From Candidatus Micrarchaeota archaeon (GTDB lineage Archaea > Micrarchaeota > Micrarchaeia > Norongarragalinales > Norongarragalinaceae), in NCBI GenBank assembly GCA_964634375.1, contig CAZWIQ010000003.1, positions 1-42,389 on the forward strand: a stretch of 42,389 bases of DNA. The letters are read 5' to 3'. Within the stretch, counting starts at the first letter, position 1. Each line of letters begins with the position of its first letter. This document shows positions 1-9,259 of the stretch, one piece after another. The notes under the pieces were generated by a model. The model saw nothing but the letters and a program-made list of their open reading frames with translations. It did no database searches and was not told the origin of the DNA. A program made the translations under genes and the position numbers.

Positions 1-1
1 G

Positions 2-589
2 CTCGGCAAGCACCTAGACATGGAAGTCGCGTGCGTCATCACCGACGGCTCGGAACCAGCAATGAACTGCGTGGGACCCGCGCTGGAAGCCAAGCGCGTG
101 CTCGAAATACTCGAAGGCAAGGCAAGCGCGCCCCTCGTCGAAAAAGCGTGCGTCGTCAGCGGAGTCCTGCTCTCGACGGTGAAAGGCGTCACCCGCCAAG
201 AAGGCTACAAGATGGCGAAACAACAACTCGAAAGCGGCAAAGCCCTCGAAAAATTCCGCGAAATCGTCGCGGCGCAAGGCGGCAACCCTCGGGTGCGCCC
301 GGGCGACATCCGCTTCGCGCACCACTCGCAAAAAGTGCTCGCCGCCGAAAGCGGGGTGGTCTCGCACGTCGACAACAAAGTGCTTTCGCGGGTCGCGCGC
401 GTTCTCGGCGCGCCGTCCGACAAGGAAGCGGGAATCGCGCTGGAAGTCGCGAAAAACTCGCGCGTCGCCGCGAAGCAGCACGTGGCGACGCTTTACAGCG
501 ACAGCGAGGAAAAAATCGGTTTCGCTCTCGACCAGCTCAAGAAAACGCCGCTCATCGAAATCGAGAAGCTCGTCTTCGACGTCGTGTGA
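2..589 (+). CDS. AMP/thymidine (pyrimidine-nucleoside) phosphorylase family, C-terminal part; 5' end lies outside the window
   Basis: The frame is open from the window edge (LGKHLD precedes the listed M at 20). VGPALEAKRVLEILEGK and LGAPSDKEAGIALEV...ATLYSDSEEKI fit the C-terminal pattern of DeoA/AMP phosphorylase as I remember it. No search was run. Confidence 0.6.
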   Translation, partial: LGKHLDMEVACVITDGSEPAMNCVGPALEAKRVLEILEGKASAPLVEKACVVSGVLLSTVKGVTRQEGYKMAKQQLESGKALEKFREIVAAQGGNPRVRPGDIRFAHHSQKVLAAESGVVSHVDNKVLSRVARVLGAPSDKEAGIALEVAKNSRVAAKQHVATLYSDSEEKIGFALDQLKKTPLIEIEKLVFDVV

Positions 590-591
590 AA

Positions 592-609
592 CGCGAATTG
601 CGCGAATTG
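592..609. repeat. Tandem 9-mer CGCGAATTG x2 upstream of the POR-gamma gene
   Basis: Read directly. It lies just upstream of the TATA-like CTTTAAAA and is a possible regulator site. Confidence 0.3.
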
Positions 610-663
610 CAAAAACTTTAAAACCGCGGCTTCCGAAAACACTGTTCCTTGAGGCGCAACGCA

Positions 664-1221
664 ATGATTGAAATCCGTTTTCACGGCCGCGGCGGGCAAG
701 GCGCGGTCACGAGCGCCGAAATCCTCGCGAGCGCCGCGTTCAACGACGGGAAAAACGCCCAGTCGTTTCCAGCCTTCGGCCCCGAACGCAGCGGCGCCCC
801 CGTAAAAGCGTTCTGCCGAATCGCCGAAGCGGGCGAAGGGGAACGCATACGCCTGCACGAGGAAGTCAACGAACCCGACTACTTGCTAGTTCTCGACGAA
901 ACACTTGCGGACGCCGCGTTCGCGGGCGGCGTGAAGAAAGGCGACGGCGCCACAGTCGCGATTATCGCGACTAAAAAAGCCGCGTCGGATTTCACCGCGC
1001 CGGCAGGCGTAAAAGTCCTCGTCGTCGACGCTTACTCGATCGCGCGCGAAATGCTCGGCGCGCCCTTCGTCAACACCATAATCTTGGGGGCGTTCGCGAA
1101 AGCCAGCGGGCTCGTCACGCTAACGAGCGTTGAAACGGCGCTAAAACACCGGTTCAACGAGCAAGTCGCCGCGAAAAACTACGCCGCAGTGCGCAAGTGC
1201 TACGACTCGCTGAAAACCTGA
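664..1221 (+). CDS. 2-oxoacid (pyruvate):ferredoxin oxidoreductase gamma subunit
   Basis: [21 protein letters not shown]...[12 protein letters not shown]...NTIILGAF is the POR-gamma hallmark. ATG 664 is preferred over the listed 649. A TATA-like CTTTAAAA lies about 45 nt upstream. Confidence 0.8.
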
Positions 1222-1263
1222 AAATGCCGCCCCCGCTGAAAAGGCCTGCGGTCGCTCGCCCGT

Positions 1264-2547
1264 TCACTGCTGCGGCCCGAACTCCTGCAGCTCTTCCTGC
1301 TTCTTCCGGTAGTAAGCGAAAGCCGCGACCGCGAGAAATATTATCACGAACGCTGCGAACAACGGCGAATAGTCCGGCGCCTTTTCCACGTAAGGCTTCG
1401 GCGTCGACACGCTCGAACCGCACAACGCGTAAGCGCGCTGAACCTCGGCTAGCTCCGCCTTAACCGCTTCCGCCTTCTCGAGGGCGCGCGAAAAGCCGAG
1501 CGCGTTTTCCTTCGACAAAAAGTAGCGGGCGTCGTTCCAGTCCTTGCGGAGCTTCGCGAGCGAGTCGCTCGAAACGCCGCAAGCGGCTACCGCCGCCTCG
1601 TTCTTGAGCAACGACTCGACCGACGCGCTGAGTCCGCCCACCGCGTCAAGCGCCTCGCGGCGCGTCTTGCGGTAAAGCGTGGACTCGATGCTGTCGTTCA
1701 CCCACCTGTCGCTCGACGCGAGCAAGCGGGAGAATTCCAGCCGCGGTTTTTGCGAGACGAACTTGTTCCGCAAATCCGAGAGCCCGTCCTCGCGCAGCAC
1801 GTCCAGGTTCTGGTTGATGCTCGAAGCGTCCGCCGCGCTCACGTTCGCCTTGTAAAGCTTGAACGAGAAATCGCTTAACTCGCTTTGGTAGGCGTCGTGC
1901 GCCGCGAAAAGCGATTCGAGCAAGCGAAGCGAAACATTGTACTGGCGGAACATAGCGTTGAAAGACGACGACGAGTAGTCGGAAGCGAACTGCGCTTCCA
2001 ACGCGCTGCCGTCCCGCGCCGCGCCGCCGGCAGCAAGCACTTGGTCGCTGAGCCTTGAAAGCGCGGCGTCGACGCGCGAAAACGACGGCGCAAGCGACGG
2101 GTACAAGCCTTGCGTTTGCGCCGAGAAATCCGACAGGCGGCGCTGGTCGTCGGAAACCACGCTCTCGGCGGAAGCGAGCACGGGTTCGACCGCGTCGAAA
2201 CCCCACCCGCGCGCCTTGAGGAATTCTTCCACAATCGCGTAATCGTAAACCACCGTGCCGACGCGGTAAAGCTTGTCGCGCTCCGTCACGATTTCGCTTT
2301 GCGAGTCGCTGACGGCGACGAGCATGCGCGTGGGCGAGTAAATCGAGAAAAAGAAAACCCAGTACGAGTCGGAACCCACTTCGAGCGGCTGGCTCAGCGA
2401 GTTCGCTTGCTTCGCGTCGTCCCCGAGAATCTCGCCCGCCTTCTCCTGCGCCGCGCTGCTCGACAATCCCGCGGAAGCAAAGCCCGCCAAAAACAGCAGG
2501 CTCAAGCAAAAAAGCGTTGCAACAATTCTTTTAACCACGCGGCGCAT
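1264..2547 (-). CDS. Secreted or membrane-anchored hypothetical protein (N-terminal signal/TM, C-terminal TM anchor)
   Basis: Starting at ATG 2547 gives MRRVVKRIVATLFCLSLLFLAGFASAG, which is signal-peptide-like. The C-terminus PLFAAFVIIFLAVAAFAYYRKKQEE is a TM segment followed by a basic tail. I recognise no family. Confidence 0.55.
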   Translation of the reverse strand: MRRVVKRIVATLFCLSLLFLAGFASAGLSSSAAQEKAGEILGDDAKQANSLSQPLEVGSDSYWVFFFSIYSPTRMLVAVSDSQSEIVTERDKLYRVGTVVYDYAIVEEFLKARGWGFDAVEPVLASAESVVSDDQRRLSDFSAQTQGLYPSLAPSFSRVDAALSRLSDQVLAAGGAARDGSALEAQFASDYSSSSFNAMFRQYNVSLRLLESLFAAHDAYQSELSDFSFKLYKANVSAADASSINQNLDVLREDGLSDLRNKFVSQKPRLEFSRLLASSDRWVNDSIESTLYRKTRREALDAVGGLSASVESLLKNEAAVAACGVSSDSLAKLRKDWNDARYFLSKENALGFSRALEKAEAVKAELAEVQRAYALCGSSVSTPKPYVEKAPDYSPLFAAFVIIFLAVAAFAYYRKKQEELQEFGPQQ

Positions 2548-2579
2548 TACTCTTTCGGCGTTAAAAAAGGTTTTCAGCC

Positions 2580-3329
2580 ATGCCGAAAAAAACCGCTTCA
2601 AAAAAACTGGCAAAAACCAACTCGGCCAACCAGCCCGCCTTGGAACTGGCTTGCGTGCTCGTCCGCCCGATTCACGAGCTCAACGTCGGCTCGGCGGCGC
2701 GCGCTTGCACCAATTTCGGCGCGAAAATGGTTTTAGTCAATCCGCAGTGCGAGCTCGGTTTTCAGACGCGCTTGTACGCGAAACACGCTTGGCCGCTGGT
2801 GAAGAACGCGCCAATATTCAACGAGCTTTCGCAGGCAATAAAAGGCTTTGACTTGGTTATCGCGACGACGGGCGTTCCGTCGCGCTTCCGCTCCGCCGAG
2901 TTCAAGAACTGCATTACAGCCGCTGCGGCGGCGCTCAAAGCCAAGAAATCAGGAGTCAAGAGCGCGGCTTTGGTTTTCGGTCCCGAAGACGCGGGGCTCA
3001 GCCAAAGCGAAATAGCGGAATGCGATTTCTGCGCGTTCATTCCTACGCAAGCGCACTACGCGGTAATGAATTTGTCGCACGCCGTCGCGGTAATGCTTTA
3101 CGAGTTCCGCCGCGAGGAAAGCCAAGCCACTAAAATTTACTCCGCGGCTTCCCCCGAAAAAAGAAAAGCGTTGGCGTCACTGTTTGAAGAAATCGCGAAG
3201 AAAACCCCGGGAGTGAGAGACAAGAAAAAAGTCAGCTTGGCTTTCAAGCGCGTGTTGGAGCGCGCTTGCGTGGCGCAAGACGAGGCGCAAGCTTTGTTCG
3301 CGGAATTCGGGGAATTAGCCAAGAAGTGA
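2580..3329 (+). CDS. SpoU/TrmH-class RNA 2'-O-methyltransferase, TrmJ-like
   Basis: VLVRPIHELNVGSAARACTNFG...LVFGPEDAGLS...IPT...MNLSHAVAVMLYE is the SPOUT knot motif set with a TrmJ-like C-terminal extension. Confidence 0.7.
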   Translation: MPKKTASKKLAKTNSANQPALELACVLVRPIHELNVGSAARACTNFGAKMVLVNPQCELGFQTRLYAKHAWPLVKNAPIFNELSQAIKGFDLVIATTGVPSRFRSAEFKNCITAAAAALKAKKSGVKSAALVFGPEDAGLSQSEIAECDFCAFIPTQAHYAVMNLSHAVAVMLYEFRREESQATKIYSAASPEKRKALASLFEEIAKKTPGVRDKKKVSLAFKRVLERACVAQDEAQALFAEFGELAKK

Positions 3330-3334
3330 CGCGC

Positions 3335-3805
3335 ATGCAAAAACAAAAGGAAAAGCAGAAAATGAAGACTGATTTCCGTAAGAGCGCGGGAATAATCGTT
3401 TACCGCGTCAACAAGGGAACGCGGGAATACCTCTTGCTCGAGTACGGCGCAGGCGGGCACTGGGATTACGCTAAAGGCGGAATCGAGCCGGACGAAGACG
3501 AGCGCGCCGCCGCGTTGCGCGAACTCCGCGAGGAAACCGGCTTGACTGACGTCCGCGTCGTTGACGGCTTCAAGGAGTCGCTGCACTATTTTTTCCGCGA
3601 ACGCGGCGGGCTCGTTTCCAAAACCGTCGTCTTCCTTCTCGGCGAAGTCCCGCCGCAAGCCGAAGCAAAACTCTCCTTCGAACACTCGCGTTTCGCGTGG
3701 CTTCCGTTCGAAGAAGCGCTGCAGCGCGCGACTTACGGGAACGCGAAGGAAACGCTTCGCAAAGCCGAGGAATTCCTGAAAACGCGGCAGAGAAAAAAGC
3801 TTTAA
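3335..3805 (+). CDS. NUDIX hydrolase (Ap4A-hydrolase-like)
   Basis: Nudix box GGIEPDEDERAAALRELREETGL (GX5EX7REUXEEXGU). ATG 3335 lies just after the upstream stop. The listed 3266 start overlaps the previous gene. Confidence 0.8.
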   Translation: MQKQKEKQKMKTDFRKSAGIIVYRVNKGTREYLLLEYGAGGHWDYAKGGIEPDEDERAAALRELREETGLTDVRVVDGFKESLHYFFRERGGLVSKTVVFLLGEVPPQAEAKLSFEHSRFAWLPFEEALQRATYGNAKETLRKAEEFLKTRQRKKL

Positions 3806-3886
3806 TAGCCTTTTCTGGTAAAGCGTAGTCCCCTTTCAAAACACTTATTTTTGAAAAAAAGAGGCGTTAAAAGCCGAGAAGCAATA

Positions 3887-3910
3887 ATTTCTTTCCGCAT
3901 TTCTTTCCGC
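3887..3910. repeat. Tandem 12-mer ATTTCTTTCCGC x2 immediately upstream of the ppsA SD
   Basis: Read directly. It ends 2 nt before GAGGTGG. Confidence 0.3.
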
Positions 3911-3924
3911 AAGAGGTGGAATTG

Positions 3925-6357
3925 ATGGCAAGCGAAATGAAGAATATTTACTGGTTTGAAGAGTTAGGCAAGGAAAACCTGCTTCAAGCGGGCGGGAAAG
4001 GCGCTAACCTCGGCGAAATGACGCGCGCGGGACTGCCCATCCCCCCGGGATTCATCGTCAGCGTAGGAGCCTACTACCGCGCCATCCGCGAAAACAACTT
4101 GGCTGGCTTCATCGAAGGCAAGTTGCGCAACCTCGACGTTCAAAACGCTGAAGCGCTGCAACGCGCGAGCGACGAAATCAAGGCGGCAATCGAGCGCGCC
4201 CCCGTTCCCGCGGACATCCGCACCGACATCGTGCGCGCCTACAACCGCATGTGCGGCGTAAGCGGGATTCCGAGCGCGAACCAGGAAATCCTCGTCGCGG
4301 TGCGCAGCAGCGCGACCGCCGAAGATTTGCCGACGGCTTCGTTCGCCGGGCAACAGGCGACTTTCCTGAACATGAAAGGCGCGGAACAAGTCGTCGACGC
4401 GGTGCGGCGCTGTTGGGCCTCGCTCTTCGAGGCGCGCGCGATTTACTACCGGAACGAGAACGGTTTTGAACACATGCGCGTTGGCTTGAGCGCCGTCATC
4501 CAAAAAATGATTCAAAGCGAGTCAAGCGGAGTAATGTTCACCGCCGACCCCGTGAGCGGCGACCGCTCGAAAATAATCATTGAAGCTGGGTTCGGGCTCG
4601 GCGAAGCCGTCGTGTCCGGGCAAATAACGCCCGACAACTACGTCGTCGACAAGGAAACGCTCAAGATTCTCGACAAATTCATTTCGCAACAGGAAATGAT
4701 GATTATTCGTTTGCCGAACGGCAAGACGGACCACGCGGACGTTCCAGAAGAAATCCAGGAAAAACAGAAAACGAACGACGACTTCATAGTGCAAATCGCG
4801 AAATTCGGGCGCAACATCGAAAAGCACTACGGTTACCCGCAAGACATCGAGTGGGCGGTAGAGAGAGGGCGCGTTTACATCACGCAAAGCCGCGCGATTA
4901 CGACGATCAAGGGGAAAGGCGAAGAAAGCGCGAAAAGCGAAGCAGCGCAAACGAAGCAAAGTGAAGCCAAGCCAAGCGAAGCCAAACCCCAAAGCGCGGC
5001 AGCAAGCGAAACCAAGGCCGGCGACGCGAAAGATGCGAAAGTAATCCTCAAGGGACTCGGCGCGAGCCCTGGAATCGCGAGCGGCGTCGTCCGCCTCGTA
5101 ACCGACAAAAACCAACTAGGAAAAATCGGGAAAGGCGACGTACTCGTAACCGAGATGACTAGCCCCGACTACGTTCCCGCGATGAAGCGCGCCTCGGCAA
5201 TCGTCACGGACGCGGGCGGAATGACGTGCCACGCCGCGATTGTAAGCCGTGAGCTAGGAATCCCGTGCATCGTTGGAAGCAAGACGGCGACGCGCGTTTT
5301 GAAAGATGGGCAGACGGTTACGGTCGACAGCAAGCGAGGCGTCGTCTACGACGGAAAAATCGCGCTCGAAGCAGAAACCGCGGCTGCAAGCGCTGGCGGA
5401 GCTCAAAGCCAAGCCACGACTATCGCCGCAGGAGGAGCGTATTCAACCGCAACGAAGATTTACGTCAACATAGCAGACGCGACGGTTGCTGAAAAAGTTG
5501 CCGGCAGGGACGTCGACGGAATAGGACTGCTTCGAGCCGAATTCATGATTGCGGGACTAGGGGTTCACCCGAACAAGCTCGCGAAAGACGGACGCGCAAA
5601 CGAGTTCGTCGACATGCTTGCCGAGAATCTCCGCAGAAGTTGCACCGCGTTCGACCCGCGCCCAGTGATTTACCGCGCGAACGACTTCAAGACTAACGAG
5701 TACCGCGGCTTGCCGGGCGGCGAGGAATTCGAGCCCAAGGAAGAAAACCCGATGATTGGTTACCGCGGGTGCGCGCGCTACGTCCGCGATCCGACCGTGT
5801 TCAAGATGGAAATTGAAGCCATCAAGAAAGTCCGCAACGAGTACGGACTCAAAAACTTGTGGCTCATGATTCCGTTCGTGCGAACAGTCGAGGAATTGCG
5901 AGAATGCAAACGCATTTGCGAGGAAAACGGGCTCAAGCGCTCGCGCGACTTCAAATTCGGAATAATGGCTGAAGTTCCGTCGGTTTCGATTGTTCCCGAG
6001 GAATTCTGCAAAGTCGGAATCGACTTCATGTCTATCGGGAGCAACGATTTATGCCAATTAGTGCTCGGCCTGGACCGCGATAATCAAACAATCGCCGACA
6101 GTTTCGACGAGCGCGACCCGGCGGTCGTCACGGCGATGAAAAACATTATTGAGACGTGCCACAAGTACGGAACGAAAGCGTCGATTTGCGGGCAGAGTCC
6201 AAGCACTTACCCTGAAATCGCCGAAGCGCTCGTCCGCTTCGGAATCGACAGCATGTCTGTGAACGTCGACGTCATCGAGAGGACGCGCAAATCGGTTGCG
6301 AGCGTTGAAAAGAAAATCCTGCTCGAGAGAAGCAAAAACGCCGCGGAAAAAGAGTAG
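3925..6357 (+). CDS. ppsA: Phosphoenolpyruvate synthase (pyruvate, water dikinase)
   Basis: N-terminus LGKENLLQAGGKGANLGEM..GLPIPPGF, phospho-His swivel motif GGMTCHAAIVSRELGIPCIVG and a C-terminal PEP-utilizer TIM domain. GAGGTGG lies 5 nt upstream of ATG 3925. Confidence 0.95.
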   Translation: MASEMKNIYWFEELGKENLLQAGGKGANLGEMTRAGLPIPPGFIVSVGAYYRAIRENNLAGFIEGKLRNLDVQNAEALQRASDEIKAAIERAPVPADIRTDIVRAYNRMCGVSGIPSANQEILVAVRSSATAEDLPTASFAGQQATFLNMKGAEQVVDAVRRCWASLFEARAIYYRNENGFEHMRVGLSAVIQKMIQSESSGVMFTADPVSGDRSKIIIEAGFGLGEAVVSGQITPDNYVVDKETLKILDKFISQQEMMIIRLPNGKTDHADVPEEIQEKQKTNDDFIVQIAKFGRNIEKHYGYPQDIEWAVERGRVYITQSRAITTIKGKGEESAKSEAAQTKQSEAKPSEAKPQSAAASETKAGDAKDAKVILKGLGASPGIASGVVRLVTDKNQLGKIGKGDVLVTEMTSPDYVPAMKRASAIVTDAGGMTCHAAIVSRELGIPCIVGSKTATRVLKDGQTVTVDSKRGVVYDGKIALEAETAAASAGGAQSQATTIAAGGAYSTATKIYVNIADATVAEKVAGRDVDGIGLLRAEFMIAGLGVHPNKLAKDGRANEFVDMLAENLRRSCTAFDPRPVIYRANDFKTNEYRGLPGGEEFEPKEENPMIGYRGCARYVRDPTVFKMEIEAIKKVRNEYGLKNLWLMIPFVRTVEELRECKRICEENGLKRSRDFKFGIMAEVPSVSIVPEEFCKVGIDFMSIGSNDLCQLVLGLDRDNQTIADSFDERDPAVVTAMKNIIETCHKYGTKASICGQSPSTYPEIAEALVRFGIDSMSVNVDVIERTRKSVASVEKKILLERSKNAAEKE

Positions 6358-6466
6358 AAACCGAAGACGCCGCGAAACTTGTTTGAACAAGGTTCAGCGG
6401 AGGCTTGGCGGCGCATTGGTTTTAAAGGCGCGCGCAAGTAAGTTTCCTCGCTGGTGGGAAAAAACC

Positions 6467-9259
6467 GTGTCTTCCGAAGCTGAAATCGAAGCCGCTAAAA
6501 AAACCGTCGCAACGCTGGTCGCCCAATTCGACGAAGTTGTCGCTAGCGGGCGGTTGAAAACCTTCAACGAGGAAAACACGAAGCGCGCTTTCATAACGCC
6601 CCTATTCCGAGCCCTCGGCTGGGCCGTCGAAACCGCCGGCGACGAAGTCACGAACGAAGACCGGGTCTCGAAAGGACGCGTCGATTATTCGTTTCGCTTG
6701 AACGGCATACCCAAATTCTTTTTGGAAGCCAAAGCCGCCAGCAAGGAACTCGAAGACAAAGACACCGAGCAAGCGATTAACTACGCTTACTACAAGACGA
6801 CGACTTGGGCAGTCCTCTCAAACTTCCGCACGCTCATAATCTACAACGCGGACTGGAAAGGAAAAGAAGCCAGCGACTTCCGCTTCATCCGCTTCGAATA
6901 CAAGGAATTCCTCGACCGATTCCCGCAACTCTGGCTCCTCTCGAAACCCGCGTTCCAACAAGGATTGCTCGACAAGGAAGCAGCCAACCTCGGCAAAAAA
7001 GACTACCGCCCGAAAGTAGGCGACTTGCTCCTCCAAGAACTAACCAAACAACGCGAAGCCCTCTCCAAAAACATCGTGAAAAACAACGCCAAGCGCGACT
7101 TAAGCGAGGCAGACGTTGACGAAGCAGTCCAACGCATCATCGACCGTCTAATCTTCATTCGAACTACGGAAGACCGCAACATCGAAGAACCCCGCCTCAA
7201 AACCCTCGCGCGCGAATTCGCGGGAGGCAAACGCGGCAAAGTCACTGCCGCGCTCAACGAGATTTACTTGAAGTACGACAAGACTTACAACAGCAAGCTC
7301 TTCACTTTCAAGCAAGAGGACGAAACCCAACGCCACTTGTGCGAAACCCTGGAAATCGACAACGAAACCCTCCTCAGCCTAATCGAAAACTTGATGAAAT
7401 ACGATTTCTCGGCGATTGACGCCGACGTCCTCGGCAACATTTACGAGCAATACTTAAGCCACATCTTGCGAAAGACTGAGAAGCGCGCGAAAGTCGAAAG
7501 CAAGGAAGCCCACCGCAAAGAACAAGGCATTTACTACACGCCGACTTACATCGTGGACTACATCGTGCGCAACACGCTCGGCGAAGCAATCAAAAACAAG
7601 AAGCCCGACGAAGTCGACGAGATTCGCGTTCTCGACATGGCTTGCGGCAGCGGCTCCTTCCTGCTCAAGGCTTTCGACGTTCTCGACGGCTACTACAAGA
7701 CTCACGACAAGCAATACGCGCAGTCCGCCCTTGACACCGCCACCGACGCCGCGAAAGTCACGCGCAAGACGAAGATTCTCCGCAACAACTTGTTTGGAGT
7801 CGACCTGGACCCTAAAGCCGTCGAAATCGCGCAGCTTAACCTGCTCCTCAAAGCCGCGGAGACGAAGCACCGCCTTCCGGACTTGCGTGAGAACGTCAAG
7901 CAGGGGAATTCGCTTATCGACCAAGCTCTGGGGGAGGATGCGCGGGCGCGTGCGTTTGACTGGAAGAAGGAATTCTCTGAAATCGTCGGCACTGGCGGTT
8001 TCGACGTCATCATCGGCAACCCGCCATACGTGAGCGGCTGGAACATGAGTTTAGAATTTCGCGACTGGATAAAAAAATCAGGCGCATATGCAACGGCGGA
8101 CAAGCATTGGGATATTTACGTTTTGTTTCTCGAACGAAGCATTAAACTAATGAAGAATGGCGCGCGGCTTGGAATGATTCTGCCATACTCTTTCCTTAAC
8201 CAAGCGTATGCACAAAAAATAAGAAGAATGATTTTAGACTCCTGTAAAATTCACGCAATAGTCGATTTGTCTGAAATCGATGTTTTTGCTGACGCGACCG
8301 TAAGAAATTGTATAATAATCTTAGAAAAAAACAATAAAACAGAAAACATTGTGACAATAATAAAAGCAAAGACTGCGGGCGGAATCAGCGAAACAATTGA
8401 ACACAAAATATCTCAAAAAACGTTCAACGAAACGCCAGAAAATATGTTCCGCGTCGATTTGCAACCACGCGACATCAAACTTATAGAAAAAATAAAAACC
8501 AAAAGCATAACACTCGATAAAATTGTTTATTCGACTACAGGGGTCGTCCCACACAGTGAAAAGGAAGGAAAGGGAAAGGAGGCATACATCTCGACTCAAA
8601 AAAAGAGTCAGAAGAGCGTTCCGTATATTGAAGGAAAAAATGTAAACAGATACCAAATAGATTACGACGGACGATTTCTCGAATACGACCCGGACATCGT
8701 TTACAGGCCGTCTTTACCAGAGCTGTTGAAACAACCTAAAATTCTAATAAAAAACGTCGTTGGAAAAAATGGAATTACGGCAACTTTTGACGACTTCGGC
8801 TATTTTACTAATGAAACAGTTAATTGTGTGACAACAAAAAATAAAATAGCTGGCGTTGAACGAAAAGACATTAGATTTTCAAAAAATGAGCTAAGTGAAA
8901 GTGAAAAATACGATTTGAAATTCATCTTAGGACTAATCAACTCTAAACTATCTAATTGGGTTTACCGAAAGATGATTAGCGGAGAACTACATTTCTATCC
9001 AAAGGACGTTAGATCGTTACTGGTGTTCGACATCGAAAAAAACCCAAATAAAAAAGAAGTAATTGAAATAGCCGCAGCTACCGATAAAATGCTAAAGCTA
9101 CATAAGAAACTTACTCCGAACACAGACAAGCAAACAGATGAGCGCACGCGGTTGGAGAAGGAAATCGCTGAGACGGATGCTCGGATTGACGACTTGGTTT
9201 TTGATTTGTACGGGTTGACGGCGGAAGAACGCCGAATCATCGAAGAGGCGGTAAAATGA
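6467..9259 (+). CDS. Type IIG restriction-modification enzyme (PD-(D/E)xK nuclease + gamma-class N6-adenine DNA methyltransferase + target-recognition domain)
   Basis: N-terminal nuclease-like GRVDYSF...FFLEAKAAS. MTase motif I is VLDMACGSGSFLL and motif IV is IIGNPPYV. A long C-terminal TRD follows. GTG 6467 is preceded by GGTGGG. The listed 6296-6466 extension overlaps ppsA and is Arg-rich. Confidence 0.85.
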   Translation: MSSEAEIEAAKKTVATLVAQFDEVVASGRLKTFNEENTKRAFITPLFRALGWAVETAGDEVTNEDRVSKGRVDYSFRLNGIPKFFLEAKAASKELEDKDTEQAINYAYYKTTTWAVLSNFRTLIIYNADWKGKEASDFRFIRFEYKEFLDRFPQLWLLSKPAFQQGLLDKEAANLGKKDYRPKVGDLLLQELTKQREALSKNIVKNNAKRDLSEADVDEAVQRIIDRLIFIRTTEDRNIEEPRLKTLAREFAGGKRGKVTAALNEIYLKYDKTYNSKLFTFKQEDETQRHLCETLEIDNETLLSLIENLMKYDFSAIDADVLGNIYEQYLSHILRKTEKRAKVESKEAHRKEQGIYYTPTYIVDYIVRNTLGEAIKNKKPDEVDEIRVLDMACGSGSFLLKAFDVLDGYYKTHDKQYAQSALDTATDAAKVTRKTKILRNNLFGVDLDPKAVEIAQLNLLLKAAETKHRLPDLRENVKQGNSLIDQALGEDARARAFDWKKEFSEIVGTGGFDVIIGNPPYVSGWNMSLEFRDWIKKSGAYATADKHWDIYVLFLERSIKLMKNGARLGMILPYSFLNQAYAQKIRRMILDSCKIHAIVDLSEIDVFADATVRNCIIILEKNNKTENIVTIIKAKTAGGISETIEHKISQKTFNETPENMFRVDLQPRDIKLIEKIKTKSITLDKIVYSTTGVVPHSEKEGKGKEAYISTQKKSQKSVPYIEGKNVNRYQIDYDGRFLEYDPDIVYRPSLPELLKQPKILIKNVVGKNGITATFDDFGYFTNETVNCVTTKNKIAGVERKDIRFSKNELSESEKYDLKFILGLINSKLSNWVYRKMISGELHFYPKDVRSLLVFDIEKNPNKKEVIEIAAATDKMLKLHKKLTPNTDKQTDERTRLEKEIAETDARIDDLVFDLYGLTAEERRIIEEAVK

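Noticed and set aside
6296-6466. The upstream extension of the RM ORF, overlapping the end of ppsA.
   Set aside because: It is Arg/Lys-rich and overlaps ppsA by 62 nt. GTG 6467 with an upstream GGTGGG gives an N-terminus consistent with the nuclease domain.
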